A DNA stretch of 64,000 nucleotides, taken from Owenia fusiformis (Eukaryota). Made by a program: the position numbers and the translations under genes. Below the pieces are notes generated by a model. The model was not told where the DNA came from. It saw only the letters and a list, made by a program, of their open reading frames with translations, and did not search any database. The stretch spans positions 10,664,001 through 10,728,000 of the forward strand of contig CAIIXF020000001.1 in the NCBI GenBank assembly GCA_903813345.2. The letters are read 5' to 3'. Shown one piece after another: positions 43,101 through 53,529 of this stretch (the first letter of the stretch is position 1; each line of letters starts with the position of its first letter).

Positions 43101-44569
43101 GACCGAGCTCGGGCATACTGGGGGTGCATTGGGTGCGACCACACTCTCCTTTTGAGCCAAGAAGAGGAAAGAAAAACTGTGTGCTCTAGCGAAATAGGTG
43201 GAGCAGCTAGACTTCAAGTTCAAGCAAGCTATGCTAATAGAGATACACCGCATTGGAAAAATCTGGGGTGAGCCCCTGCAGTGTTTAGTGATCATTTATA
43301 CAATGAATGCTGAAACAACAGTTTCGTCGAAATCTTATATAATTCTTCCATTATCAATATCATCACATGATCGTACTATAATCTTTTGGACCAATTGTAC
43401 AGAAGGTTGCAACTCCCATCCCCTAAACACAACAACTCACAAAATTAAAACATATGTTGCATTAAAAGTCTACTTAAACCGTTCATCTTTATCATTATTC
43501 TTTCAATACTCGTAAGTCTCAATGGAACTGACAAGGTTTGTAACAACATACATATATATATATATGTACCTGTGCTCTGTCAACTGGGGTCATCACAATG
43601 GACAAGGGTATAGATACAAACTTTTAGACCTTTCAATAGAAATAAAATAAAACAGGTATTAGTGAAAAGTAAAAGTGAGAAAACAGCGCATGAGTGTTAA
43701 ACAGTGACAAGTGAATAAAGACAGCATCCATGCGTGTAGCGCTATTATTATGAGTAGTACTCCACCATGGGAATAAGAGTTGAATGAAGTGAAAAATGAG
43801 CGTTTAGTGGGGGCGGTTCCCATCAGAAAAAATCTAAGCTTGGTTGTATTTGGAGTGTATGTAAAACCATCTGGTACGCCTGTGAGTACCAGGCCTACCA
43901 AGGCACCTTATAGGGCTTATAGTAGGGCCATGGGTTTTCAATTAGACTAGTTGAAACCCCATGGTAGGGCCTATATCTTATAGTGCCAAAGAGTTCGCTG
44001 AACACAGACGTGGACAAAAGGGCGAAGATGACACAAGAAACTGAACTGTTTCTCCTTTTAGACTCCAGAGCATGGATAATTCGCTGACATGTGATATCTA
44101 AACGTATTCCTGACTACTGCGATGCATTTGTTTTGGACAGTGGCCCAAAGATTGAAAGAATATCAGTTGTGCAACGAAATGGCAACAGGTTCAGGATTCA
44201 AGCGATATCAGTCAATGGACAATATAGCACAAAAAATAAAATGACAACATTATAGAAATGCAATTGCATAAACATATATCTAGTTATACACTCATTTTAT
44301 GCATTTTAATTAATGTGAAGCCTCCCCCTCCCTCCTCTGTAGATTTACATGGTTAATTATTTATTAACTTCCGGGTCGATTGGGCGTATAGTGGTCCACA
44401 GAAATAAAGTTGTTTTTACCTCAAGTGACACCTCTTACTTGGATTAAATTTTACAATTATATGTATATGACCCTCCTCCACAATAAAACACTATGAAATA
44501 TGACTTACCTATAGATTTGATGACCAAGACCAGGTGGCAAAGTAGAACCACTTTCCAGCGACTTTTCAT
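993..44569 (-). CDS. Receptor-type protein tyrosine phosphatase (FTL/PAN-EGFx3-FN3-TM-D1-D2), 32 core exons, 3' end outside window
   Basis: 32 GT-AG exons with compatible phases total 4680 nt with no stop. Motifs [40 protein letters not shown] in D1, plus a second PTP domain. Orthology to a named PTPR cannot be assigned. Confidence 0.93.
1568..1725 (-). CDS. RPTP exon 31, D2
   Basis: [10 protein letters not shown]...GPIVIHC; 158 nt. Confidence 0.93.
2755..2880 (-). CDS. RPTP exon 30, D2
   Basis: NCAKYWPD; 126 nt. Confidence 0.92.
3101..3619. repeat. 32-bp minisatellite, ~16 copies
   Basis: Unit GGACACACATGGTGATTCCTTATGGCCATTAT. Confidence 0.95.
4542..4631 (-). CDS. Candidate cassette exon inside D2
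   Basis: tag|90 nt|gtaagt, phase 0-0, [30 protein letters not shown]. Confidence 0.55.
5238..5496. mobile_element. Short hAT-like MITE (CACTGGCGGATCC ends)
   Basis: Imperfect TIRs; relatives at 41961 and 46311. Confidence 0.65.
5707..5778 (-). CDS. Candidate cassette exon inside D2
   Basis: tag|72 nt|gtaagt, phase 0-0, [24 protein letters not shown]. Confidence 0.55.
6053..9698. mobile_element. 3.6 kb TIR element with 6-bp TSD TTAAGA, unclassified
   Basis: CAGTCTATGGCATGGGCCATTTTCCACC inverted at both ends; second inverted block GTAAAATGGCCCGACCT; TTAAGA on both flanks. Confidence 0.8.
6936..7577. mobile_element. Tc1/mariner-type hairpin MITE
   Basis: CAGGGTGTCCCGAAAGTATG TIRs with long inverted arms; second copy at 59052. 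Confidence 0.9.
10461..11302. mobile_element. Tc1/mariner-type MITE
   Basis: TCGGGTGT..AAAAATGAGACAC TIRs, TA flanks. Confidence 0.8.
11365..11499 (-). CDS. RPTP exon 29, D2
   Basis: [19 protein letters not shown]...IVMLN; 135 nt. Confidence 0.95.
11725..11798 (-). CDS. RPTP exon 28, D2
   Basis: RPYLIT...DYINAVYLD; 74 nt. Confidence 0.92.
12110..12209 (-). CDS. RPTP exon 27, D2
   Basis: [12 protein letters not shown]; 100 nt. Confidence 0.92.
12666..12815 (-). CDS. RPTP exon 26, D1-D2 linker
   Basis: [19 protein letters not shown]; 150 nt. Confidence 0.95.
12998..13133 (-). CDS. RPTP exon 25, D1 active site and Q loop
   Basis: SAGVGRTG...MVQT; 136 nt. Confidence 0.95.
13383..13948. mobile_element. 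Tc1/mariner-type MITE
   Basis: CAGGGTGG..CCACCCTG, TA flanks, long imperfect inverted arms. Confidence 0.85.
14157..14302 (-). CDS. RPTP exon 24, D1 WPD loop
   Basis: [10 protein letters not shown]...LVHC; 146 nt. Confidence 0.95.
14641..14763 (-). CDS. RPTP exon 23, D1
   Basis: KKCEQYWPD; 123 nt. Confidence 0.95.
14823..15293. mobile_element. hAT-type MITE
   Basis: TAGTGTTGTCGC TIRs, exact 8-bp TSD GCTACAAG. Confidence 0.9.
15547..15644 (-). CDS. RPTP exon 22, D1
   Basis: DMWRLVWQE...IVMVTNLVE; 98 nt. Confidence 0.95.
15839..15875 (-). CDS. RPTP exon 21, D1
   Basis: GY...YIASQG; 37 nt. Confidence 0.92.
17468..17544 (-). CDS. RPTP exon 20, D1
   Basis: YDHSRVIL...DYVNASYI; 77 nt. Confidence 0.95.
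18313..18400 (-). CDS. RPTP exon 19, D1 pTyr loop
   Basis: [12 protein letters not shown]; 88 nt. Confidence 0.92.
18711..19021 (-). CDS. RPTP exon 18, juxtamembrane region and wedge
   Basis: IDNPTF...[10 protein letters not shown]...LFEKEY; 311 nt. Confidence 0.88.
20004..20024 (-). CDS. Candidate 21-nt juxtamembrane microexon
   Basis: tttctacag|GATTCATCCAACAATATTTCT|gtaagt; frame-preserving. Confidence 0.5.
20327..20421 (-). CDS. RPTP exon 17, basic stop-transfer segment
   Basis: [10 protein letters not shown]; phase 2-1 fits neighbouring exons; 95 nt. Confidence 0.85.
20780..28289 (+). mobile_element. Degenerate AcademX-like DNA transposon with ~1.2 kb TIRs
   Basis: TIRs with ~182-bp subrepeats, TA..TA ends, 3-bp TSD ATA; broken XPG-like motifs [38 protein letters not shown]. 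Confidence 0.8.
23512..25429. mobile_element. Transib-like non-autonomous element nested in the Academ-like element
   Basis: 71-bp perfect TIRs starting CACGGTG, 5-bp TSD AAGCA. Confidence 0.88.
28411..28580 (-). CDS. RPTP exon 16, transmembrane helix
   Basis: [24 protein letters not shown]; 170 nt. Confidence 0.92.
29172..29439 (-). CDS. RPTP exon 15, membrane-proximal FN3-like with furin site
   Basis: RRKKR; YVAA...[23 protein letters not shown], typical of RPTP juxtamembrane ectodomains; 268 nt. Confidence 0.92.
30015..30144 (-). CDS. RPTP exon 14, membrane-proximal FN3-like
   Basis: PPAIPKDD...; 130 nt, phase 1-2. Confidence 0.8.
30488..30668 (-). CDS. RPTP exon 13, FN3 repeat 3 (second part)
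   Basis: [24 protein letters not shown]; 181 nt. Confidence 0.88.
30969..31075 (-). CDS. RPTP exon 12, FN3 repeat 3 (first part)
   Basis: VPSAPRNL...NGIITNYT; 107 nt. Confidence 0.88.
31392..31623 (-). CDS. RPTP exon 11, FN3 repeat 2 (second part)
   Basis: [16 protein letters not shown]; 232 nt. Confidence 0.88.
31713..32606. mobile_element. Helentron-type non-autonomous element (pearl/HINE-like)
   Basis: Subterminal inverted repeat ATCCCATCGAA/TTCGATGGGAT, tandem core units, (GGAC)n microsatellite. Confidence 0.75.
32659..32738 (-). CDS. RPTP exon 10, FN3 repeat 2 (first part)
   Basis: TSVKLTWT; 80 nt. Confidence 0.85.
33053..33215 (-). CDS. RPTP exon 9, FN3 repeat 1 (second part)
   Basis: [15 protein letters not shown]; 163 nt. 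Confidence 0.85.
33443..33633 (-). CDS. RPTP exon 8, FN3 repeat 1 (first part)
   Basis: [11 protein letters not shown]...HYIVQY; 191 nt. Confidence 0.85.
34110..34241 (-). CDS. RPTP exon 7, EGF-like
   Basis: [14 protein letters not shown]...; 132 nt. Confidence 0.9.
34552..34698 (-). CDS. RPTP exon 6, EGF-like
   Basis: [16 protein letters not shown]...; 147 nt. Confidence 0.9.
37831..38095 (+). mobile_element. tRNA-derived SINE
   Basis: A box TAGCTCAGCGG and B box GGATTCGAACCC, but no clean cloverleaf; followed by a non-tRNA body. 3' end approximate. Confidence 0.65.
38674..38811 (-). CDS. RPTP exon 5, EGF-like (MEGF/Tie type)
   Basis: [16 protein letters not shown]...[10 protein letters not shown]; 138 nt. 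Confidence 0.9.
39164..39258 (-). repeat. Partial tandem duplicate of the exon 4 3' end with donor site
   Basis: Encodes [29 protein letters not shown] then gtaagt, vs [28 protein letters not shown] in exon 4. Confidence 0.9.
39296..39499 (-). CDS. RPTP exon 4, C-half of F-type-lectin-like domain
   Basis: KIYVG...NALC...C...GNWVII...LSLCEVKI; 204 nt, phase 1-1. Confidence 0.85.
39998..40252 (-). CDS. RPTP exon 3, PAN/Apple-like Cys module
   Basis: [16 protein letters not shown]...GCYAF...YTYFK; 255 nt, phase 1-1. Confidence 0.75.
40350..40580 (-). CDS. RPTP exon 2, N-half of F-type-lectin-like domain
   Basis: [15 protein letters not shown]...CSQT...PYWRVPL...IEIT; 231 nt, phase 1-1. Confidence 0.85.
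41057..41690. mobile_element. MITE with ~50-bp TIRs
   Basis: ACGCCTGGTGATCGTACAAAATGGATGG.. inverted at both ends. Confidence 0.85.
41961..42188. mobile_element. Short hAT-like MITE
   Basis: CACTGGCGGATCC..GGATCCGCCGTTG; same family as 5238. Confidence 0.7.
44509..44569 (-). CDS. RPTP exon 1, signal peptide
   Basis: [20 protein letters not shown], donor GTAAGT, phase 1. Confidence 0.8.
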
Positions 44570-45449
44570 GTTTACAATTTAATCTAAATGACGGATTCCG
44601 CGAAACGAATACATAAGTGTCCCAATAGCTAGGGCGACATCTTTAAATTCAAATATTATTATTTTCGACTTGTCATAGATCCCGGCCAGATTCTTTTGTA
44701 GTAGAATCAGTAGCTCAATTAATATTCTTGAAAGTTTCTAAAATCCGCTGTATAAAAACAAGTTCAATAATTAACACTTAATTATTCTTAACGTCTTCCA
44801 ATGTTCTTAATAAAACTTATGAAGCTAGTCTTTATTTTACAATAATTTATTATTTTTTCAATAAGAATTGCCACCATTCTTAGAGAGAATTTAAACATTT
44901 CCACCCATTTTTGCACTTTGAATCTATTATAACTCCACAAAATAACATATCATGAATCTTTTGGGAGATTGTAATTGAGATTGTAAGGATTGTAAGGTTA
45001 GGCCTAGGTCAATTGTACATACTTGTATTGCTTGTAATTTTGTCACCCGCATAGATCTGATATTCTGCCGTGGTATTTCCCCGGGTATTTCGAAGGATTG
45101 GAAGCATTAGAAGTTGCTGAAGTTACTACACACCAACCCGCGCAATCAACATAAAGTTATATAATGATTTGTAAAATGGTTGTGCCGTTGGTGTGCACAT
45201 CTGATTTTTAAACTTTAAATTCACATGATCAATGGCGTAGCTAAGCGTCATGTTATATAGGCCCTACAATAAACGCCCCAGTGGCGTTAACTAAATTTTA
45301 GGGAAAAATTGATTTATTAAGCATATATTGAATTGCCCCATACATGAAAATGGATAAAAATGGCCAATAATTTACATTATAATAGTCCATATTCGTCGGA
45401 ATTTCGATTTTAAAACGCCTGAGAACGCTTTAGGCTAAATGTAATCTCC

Positions 45450-45813
45450 CCGGTAATCTCATTTTAAACCTTCAACAATTTGGCCCAAAAATCTCCAAAG
45501 GAGAAGGGGAAATTAGCGCAACAGATTTTGGACAGTCATATGTTGGATTTTGGCCATTTTCTGAGGATTTAAACAATTGCATATGTTAGGCGAATGCATT
45601 ACCTCCAGGAAAATCACTTCTATTCAGGGGCTTTAAGATACCCATTATGGGTGACCAAACTTAGCTGAAAGCAATGATTTTTACCTATGGGAAAATAACA
45701 TGGGAAATATTGTTTTCCACTTTATGACTGTCCAAAATCTGTTGCGCTAATTTCCCTACTCCTTTGGAGATTCTTGGGCCAAAGTTGTTGAAGGTTTAAA
45801 ATGAGATTACCGG
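45450..45813. repeat. Inverted-repeat module related to 26440-27035
   Basis: ~90-bp arms; shares CGCAACAGATT..CATATGTTGGATTTTGG. Confidence 0.7.
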
Positions 45814-47338
45814 CTAATTTCCCTCCTCCTTTACTTGAAAAGTGCTCAAAATGGTGAAAAACTGCATGATTTTGAGAGTATTTTTGGCCAGGGGAGGGGT
45901 CGCTCGAGTCGCCCCCTCTTGAGTGAAACCTCTTGAAAGCCCATGGTGTTTTATGAGAAATAATACCCGAGGGCCTTGATTTTTCAGTGCTCTGAAATTG
46001 TGACTGAAAGTGCGATAAGTTGAAAATGTGCCCAATAAACGTACTGCTCCAAATGACAAGACCTTTGAAATTTCGAAAAATCGTCTGAAACAAAAATTGT
46101 TGTAAAAAGGAAAATGGATTGCTTTCAAATCATTTTTCTCTTCAAATCATTTTTTTCTAATTCTAGGAATGAATTAAAATTTTAAAAACCCTAGCATAGT
46201 TTTGGGCACTTCATTTTCTGAAAGATTTGATAGATTTCGTTTGATGACCTTTCCAAACTTTTAACTATTTTTCATTCACATTTTCAGAGGTTTGAAAAGG
46301 ATAACTTACACACTGGTGGATCCAGAAGATAACAAGGGGGGACATTTCAAGAAGGAACAAGATTTCCAGAAAAAATGTGGGCCCCACAGAAGCAGAGGTA
46401 ACGCTCGGAGTGATGAACTTCGAAAATTCGATGCCCATATTATGATGACTTGGCCTAAAAAGGTCTAAAAGTCCAAGATTTCCCAAAAAAGGCCCATTGT
46501 TGACGCCCTACAGAATTTCCTGGACGTATCTACAATACGAACCAAATTAAATGAATTTAATTAACTGAAACTAGGACATTTTCAACTAGGACGTTTCATC
46601 CTTCTACACCATTCTATTCTCATAATAGAAAAAAATTCTCTGAGATGTTATGTTAATTTCATTACTAAAGGGTTGATAGTTGCGATCACAACAATGTTGG
46701 TATTGTCTATTGTGCCCTTGGTCATGTCCCTTAGCAGACAATGACCTATAATTACAATGAAAATAATACCTATTCAGGGCCCTATTTGTTTGATTTACAT
46801 TTACAAAATGTTTAATCACATTCAATTACAAAAATGTCATTTTCATTAGTGGTTTTGAAAATGAGAACACAATTTTGTTTTTATTAGTTTGCCTTCTGGC
46901 CTCATTAGCATACACATTTAAGTTTTCCCAAGTTATATACACTAGACAATACCACGTATTAAAAGATAACATGATAGTTCAGTTTAACAAGTCAAGTAAA
47001 TATGAATCGAACAAATTAAATGGTACATTAAAAATATAATTCGGAAGTGAGGGAAACCGTCCTCTAATTAAGTATTCGTAGTTTGGAGAACGAGTTTCTC
47101 GCAGTGTAACTAATGGACGAAAACTCAATTTCTTACCTGGAGTATGTTTCCAATGCCATCGTGTCATGACAACATATTGGACCTAATTTTGAAGTAACGT
47201 ACACGGTATATGCAGATAAATGTTAAAAAACAGCACTATTCAAGCGAGGGGTGCTGCTTACGGAAGGACTTAACCAAGAAAAATATTAGAGATTTATTCT
47301 GTACGACTTGTTAGGCCTAGTTAGACATATCATAGAAG

Positions 47339-47394
47339 ATGAGTAGTATGCCAAGACCATACAGTTCTGCCAGTCACCCGCGGCAAGATACACG
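47339..47394 (+). CDS. Candidate alternative first exon A
   Basis: MSSMPRPYSSASHPRQDT, phase-2 donor GTGAGT. Confidence 0.5.
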
Positions 47395-48942
47395 GTGAGT
47401 TACTTACTGAACGTACTCGGTTCACATTGCATTGTCTTTTCATTATATACCCATTCTGATACTCATAGCATCTTTCTGTTTCACCTGAAACAGGGCTGAG
47501 AAGAAATGAGATGTCATGGTATATCATGATGTTATATACCATGCAGAGTCTCTCTGTGTAGGCTTTTAACATTGAGTTCCCTCTTCTTGATATTTCCCCA
47601 TTTTCCGCTGGCCATAAGGGTAGAAGCAGGTGTATACTCTTCATTTTTTGCATACTGCGTCCCTATAAAATGAATGAATTAGAATAACACTACTATTTTC
47701 ACAATTCTATTGATATTAGGGGTCAACTGCTCATATATGGACATATTTGAAGACCCAAAACGCCTTAGTTTCAGAAATATCACAAATTAGAGTGGTCCAA
47801 AAAGTGAGCCGCTAAAACGGGCTATATTTCCCTTATTATCTGCAGGAATCCTTTCATATTTTCACATGTTGTAGAGGAATGCATGTTTAAAGTTTTTGTT
47901 CGTATCATACATTTTATTAGTCTTGCATAAAGTATAAGTCCAAACCAAATATTACTGAAAATGGATAAAATGTGAACTTTAAGATCCGCGATTCTTCAAC
48001 CCTTCCCCTGACAATTTTTACCCGCTGTCTGAAAGACCTAATATTTTCTGACTTTATTTGGTTTTGAATTCCACACATTATGGTGTAAAAGCTAGCATCC
48101 TACCTTCTTTAGTTGCAAAATTATTGTGATCCAAAGAAATGTTCTAGGTTTGCAATTTGCATTGACGATTTCAAGTGAAATCGCAACATTCCCCTATATA
48201 TATACTATATGGTCTTAAAATGTCAATATCTCAATTCTAATGAAATATGGCTCAAAACGTTGAATATTGGATTTTCTTTTGAATTTTGTAAGATATTTAT
48301 ATGAAGGGCTTCTCGGATTCCGGGGCACAGGGGGCAAATATTTCACACAGGCCCCGTCTGCATAGTGTGTGATGAGCGGCGGAAAAGTACGCCATAACTT
48401 CACAATCCATTCCAAAATGGTGGATAAACCGCTCGGAGAAAAACTGCTACGCCTTGACCTATTTTTCAGTAAAGTGTGTCACTCCCGGGAAGTTTTTAAC
48501 TTTATTTAACGATAGAATTGAAAAACTGCAAGCGTCATTACAGTTTTTCAAAACACGTTGGACAGTAACTTGACATATTTCTTTTCATTATAACCTCAAT
48601 AATGTATGCCAATCTAATGTTGAATATGTATTGATCTAAATCTTAAAGCGGTAAAGGTTTTCATTTTGAATACCGAAAAAACAGAAAAAATCAAACACCA
48701 AATTGAAAAAAATGAGTCGATGAACAGCTGTTCTTTATTTAGCATCATTCATTCACAGAGATCTGAGCCAAAGATAAACAGTACATAAAAAGTGAATCTT
48801 TTTAGTGCGTCTTTGGTTGAATCATTTTAGAGCCGTGGAAGTAAATATTGACAAGGGAAGTAAAACTTTAAATATCACATTTGTAATGATCAGACTGACG
48901 ATTGATCCCACGATTGAACGCAAACGTTAAAAGAGACTGAAG

Positions 48943-49076
48943 ATGAGATATCCGCTCGTTTATAGCTATAGCGATGGCATACCAATCAAATATTATGAGA
49001 CAAATCAACCAGCAACATATTCACAAGTTGTATACAAGTATGCCTCTAACAAAACGGCTCTACCAATTATATCTTC
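48943..49076 (+). CDS. Candidate alternative first exon B
   Basis: MRYPLVYSYSDGIPIKYYETNQPATYSQVVYKYASNKTALPIIS, phase-2 donor GTAAGT. Confidence 0.5.
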
Positions 49077-49799
49077 GTAAGTACATATCATATATAGCAA
49101 TGACAATTACATCACTACCTTTATTAGAGAATCAGATCTAGCGAGTAAGCTAAACAAAAAACTTGTTTGAATTTTAGAATACTTTTGGCTCATATCATTC
49201 TTTGTCATGTCTATTTTTTATTCCAGGAAAAGTTGACTGTTCCGGTCACTTAGAACTACGCGTTTGCTTCAATGGTCATTTTTCTATATAAAAAAAATTT
49301 TAAGTCTCGTTTTAATGATTTTTAACCATTGAAGACTAACGTGGGGCTAAATCCCATTGTTGAAAACCCTTTAAAGGTTCATTTACTCTTACAAGGATCA
49401 CAATTCTAATGTGAAATCACAATCCACATGTCAATAAGATCATATAGTCACATTCCAATGGTGTTTGACATGTATGGTTTGATACCTAGATCTCCTACTT
49501 ATAAATCAAAAATATGTATCGATATACAATATACGAGGTACAGGTATATCTACAATTACTGCTTTACAATAAGTCATAATGCCGCTGTTTTTTGCCTGAT
49601 AACATTTTCCTGAACTGAATCCGGTTGGGTTTGATCGTCTTTACTACGCATAGCTAATAGGGTGGAATGAGATTTTTCAAATTAAAGAATATTTGGTTTG
49701 ACCTATACTTCTTGGACTTCTTTTGATATCTCAAAACCACACCATGCGTTTAAGGGAAATGCGTATGTTTGGAATTTTATGTAGTCCTCATTCACTGGT

Positions 49800-50193
49800 C
49801 AGTATCAAGCGGAGGTAACGGCCGTCACCTCCGCATCAAAGATGGCGGAGGGGAAGTGTAGCTTTCGATATTTTTAGTTTTCATCGAATTAAACTTTATA
49901 GCAAGTTGACATATAATGCTTTGATATTTGACTAAATCCGACTTATATGACATGGAAACTATGGAGTATGATAATTTGTTCATATATCATGCGTAGGTGC
50001 CATAATTGTTCAACGATATCTTCCACCGTTAAGGGAAGTTTCCATGTCATATAAGTCGGATTGAGTTCCAATATCAAAGCAATTTGTCAACTATAGTAGT
50101 CCAATTCGATGAAAACTAAAAATATCGAAATCGACATTTCCCGTCCGCCATCTTTGATGCGAATGTGACGGCCGTTACCTTCGCTTGATACTG
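49800..50193. mobile_element. Hairpin MITE
   Basis: CAGTATCAAGCG..CGCTTGATACTG with ~160-bp inverted arms. Confidence 0.85.
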
Positions 50194-51167
50194 TGTCATT
50201 GGAGTCACATGTTATTTTCAGGTATTTTATATACGATCATATTTGCACAAAGAGTGCGCTATAGTACCTCATTCTGATACTCATGGCATCTCTCTAGAGA
50301 TGGAGAGGGCGTGGCTTACCACGATGATGGTACCTCGAGAAATTTGGTTATAAAATGTATAAAAAGGGGAAAATAAAGTGACTTACTTATTTTGTACTAT
50401 TAAAAAGTAGGTCACTTAATTTTCTTAATTTCACACATTTTATACATTAAACAAAATATTCGCCACCCTCTTTTTTATGAGCAAAACGGAAAGATGTAGA
50501 CAATGTGGGTAAGGAGAAGTCTATATTTGAAAAGTAATATGTGACTACTATATGAGGATTGCGTCAAAATGGCCCAAAGTACACATTGACATGTAAAATC
50601 CCATTATGGAGACATCAATAGAGATACTTGTTAAGGAAAAAATATTATACTTAACTCCAAATCACAACAAAGCACCTCGTTTTTAACATTACAATCTTCA
50701 TCAATTTTAAACAAGCCAGTCGTTTAACCATGGGGAATGGCAAATCTTTTCCTTCGACTTATTATTTTTTGCCAACATTTTCATTGTCTAGGTCGCATTT
50801 TGAAACTCTAAAATGTAGCCCCAAGTGCGACACAACAATTTTACAAAAACATATGAGATGACACTTGAATGTATCATTAATTATGTTCAAAACAATACTA
50901 GGCCTACATCATCGATATAAAAGTTCAATTCATTAATAAATAAATATTTAACCCTTGAGTGCTAAATTGCCGCTCTTTTTCACATTGGTTCGAAAGACAG
51001 ACATTCAACGATGTTGACATGAAGCAACATGCTTGCTTAGCACGGGTGTAGCCAGGCACCAGGCAGGTTAAATATTCCAAAATATTGCAAAAATATTTCA
51101 GACGTTTTTTCAACGAAAACTGAAAAATGTGGAAGTTAAGTTCAGAGCTGAGATGGAAATACGCCAT

Positions 51168-51378
51168 CGGGCCCGTAGCCAGAATTTGCCAAGGGGGGGG
51201 GTTCAGTTTTCAAAAATTTCCAGGGGGGTTCACATTTGACAATTTTGGTCCAAATATGGCTAAAATCACTTGAGAAGTGCTCAAAATGGTGAAAATCTGC
51301 ATGATTTTGAAATAATTTTTGGCCTGGGGGGGGGGTCGCCCGAACCCCCCCCCCCCCCACCTCCCTGGCTACGGGCCT
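51168..51378. mobile_element. Short hAT-like MITE
   Basis: GGCCCGTAGCCAG..CTGGCTACGGGCC TIRs. Confidence 0.7.
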
Positions 51379-51798
51379 GTGTCATTCTGATTTATCATAG
51401 CAACTCTTTGTCTAATTCTCTTTCTATTGCAAGGGATATATACTAGTAAAGGCTGTTGATCCCATGATGGAAAGATACCTCTTTTAGCCTCAATTTCCTC
51501 ACCAATTAATTTTTGCCTCGCCTAATTAGATTCTGACTACACCCCAGGCCCTGATTATTATAAAATAAAGTGTTTTTCAAAATCGATTCCTTCTCAGTTC
51601 GTTCATTGGCGACTGAATCGCTTGAATCATTGTATTTTTTCTTAAAACAAACAGTAAGGAGAAAACATAATAAGCTCAGTAAAAAGGTGATTTCTGTTTA
51701 CTTTAAAAAATAGGTTAGGATAAATAGCCTGTGTAAAGAGGCGGTTTGTTTAAAATTGGATTATTGCTCTCAAAGAATATCATAATATCAAAGGAAAT

Positions 51799-51866
51799 AT
51801 GAATGGCGACAATCTGAACGGGAATAACTCATCGTTGGTTCAAAGGGTTAAACTATTTCCTGACAC
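51799..51866 (+). CDS. Candidate alternative first exon C
   Basis: MNGDNLNGNNSSLVQRVKLFPD, phase-2 donor GTAAGT. Confidence 0.5.
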
Positions 51867-51989
51867 GTAAGTACAACTGCAATCATCATTTATGTATATT
51901 GTCAATTGTATACCGTTTAAAAATCTTCGGAGTTCTTTAATACCACACGGGCGGACTGTTGAAAGACACGTTTCATAAAGGTTAGAAAT

Positions 51990-52042
51990 ATGCCCAGCTA
52001 CACAGGAATACCGACCCAAGCTTTAGTTCCAGCCAAGGCCAA
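51990..52042 (+). CDS. Candidate alternative first exon D (or internal exon from 51998)
   Basis: MPSYTGIPTQALVPAKA, phase-2 donor GTAAGT. Confidence 0.45.
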
Positions 52043-52057
52043 GTAAGTGTGATTGCA

Positions 52058-52450
52058 AATGAAAAGTCCGAATGAGGTTAGCTAAGGCCATAAGACATTT
52101 TTAAAAGACTGGAATTTTAGGTCAATTAATTCTTTTTTCTTTTGACATTCATTTATTTAGCTACTCTCATTTTTTGTTAAAAAGTGTATATAGTGAAAAT
52201 TGAACTATAGAACCTTGTCCAATCATATATTGTTAAATGAAATGAATTCAAATGAAAAAACCGAATGAGGTTAGCGAAAGCCAGATAAAACCCTTTTTTG
52301 TATGACAGGATTTTAATTCTTTTTCTTTTGACATTCGCGTGTTTAGGCTACTTTTATTTCATTTTTTTAAACAAAAAGTGTATACAGTGAAAATTGAAAT
52401 CTCCACCCTCGGACCATGGTCGACTCTGGAGGCAGAACTATACAGCCTTA
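52058..52450. repeat. Diverged tandem duplication, ~190-bp unit
   Basis: CCGAATGAGGTTAGC...TTTGACATTC...AGTGAAAATTGAA occurs twice. Confidence 0.75.
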
Positions 52451-53497
52451 TCTAATCATGTTTAAAATAGCTCTAATGCCGTTTTGCTGAGTTTGACTGT
52501 TCTTATCCGGTTCTTACTCGTATAACAAATGTCTAAACAAAGGAAGGATGATAAGTTATCTTTTATTTTGGTTATACTAAATAGTTTCCTTGTTTTTATT
52601 CAAAATCAATTTTTAAAATGCAATCCATGCAATAAAACTGTAATACATTATTAAAATGCAAATGTTATGTTTTTTCAATAGCCATAGTTTCAAAGTGAAG
52701 TGTATATTGAAACATAAAAACCACACCTAAAGTAAATAACCATGTTGTGCTACAGATTTTAATAAGTAAATATTTTCATGATTTGGGTAGCCTTATCGTG
52801 AAATATGTTGAAAATAATATAACTTCCGTAGTTAAAACTTAGGAAGACGCGGCACATGAAGCAACATTTAGAATTGCAAAAAATGATATCTTGGTCACAA
52901 ACGCAATGGATATTTCTGGCATCTTATCCTTCATCAAAAGGCTTCATTGCTCGTTCAATTTAGAAAGAAATGAAATACCATTGGACCAAGGATGCTAGTA
53001 TCTTTGCTAAAGGGACATTTCTTTTTTACATCTTAGTTTACAGCAAATAGTCTTCAGTCCTATATCAAACAAATATGAGAGGGGTATTTGACCTTACCCT
53101 AGAAACCAGTTTTATAGTTTCTGTTTACATTAAGTGACTTATAACTTATTTTTGTCGCAGGTATAATATTTGCAATAAACGCGGCATACATTATTAGAAA
53201 ACATTACGAAAAAAGCACGACGCCCATATAAGATATCAATTAAATAGATTAAAAGATCTGGATTCACAGCTGTTGCAGCTGTATTTTAATTATCTAATTA
53301 TTGCCCATGGAACATTAGTTTAAATCTTTATTGACAAGACAGACGAAAACGAACTACAGGATATATATGCAGTACCTTCACCATCAGGTTTTCTGGTGAT
53401 GATACAATTATCTTATCGGGTTTATTAAAGGAACTGGTTGACTAGTTATTTGCTTTCTAGTTGAAATATATCATATTCGCATACTGGACTTATCATT

Positions 53498-53529
53498 ATG
53501 GAATACGTGGTTTCATCGAAGCTAGTAGA
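53498..53529 (+). CDS. Candidate alternative first exon E
   Basis: MEYVVSSKLV, phase-2 donor GTAAGT. Confidence 0.35.

Noticed and set aside
45722-46128. 123-aa and 104-aa ORFs
   Set aside because: Run through repeat fragments; non-ATG or weak starts
47137-47182. Minus-strand LETYSR resembling METYSR in the 53.7 kb exon
   Set aside because: Match too short, with no flanking similarity
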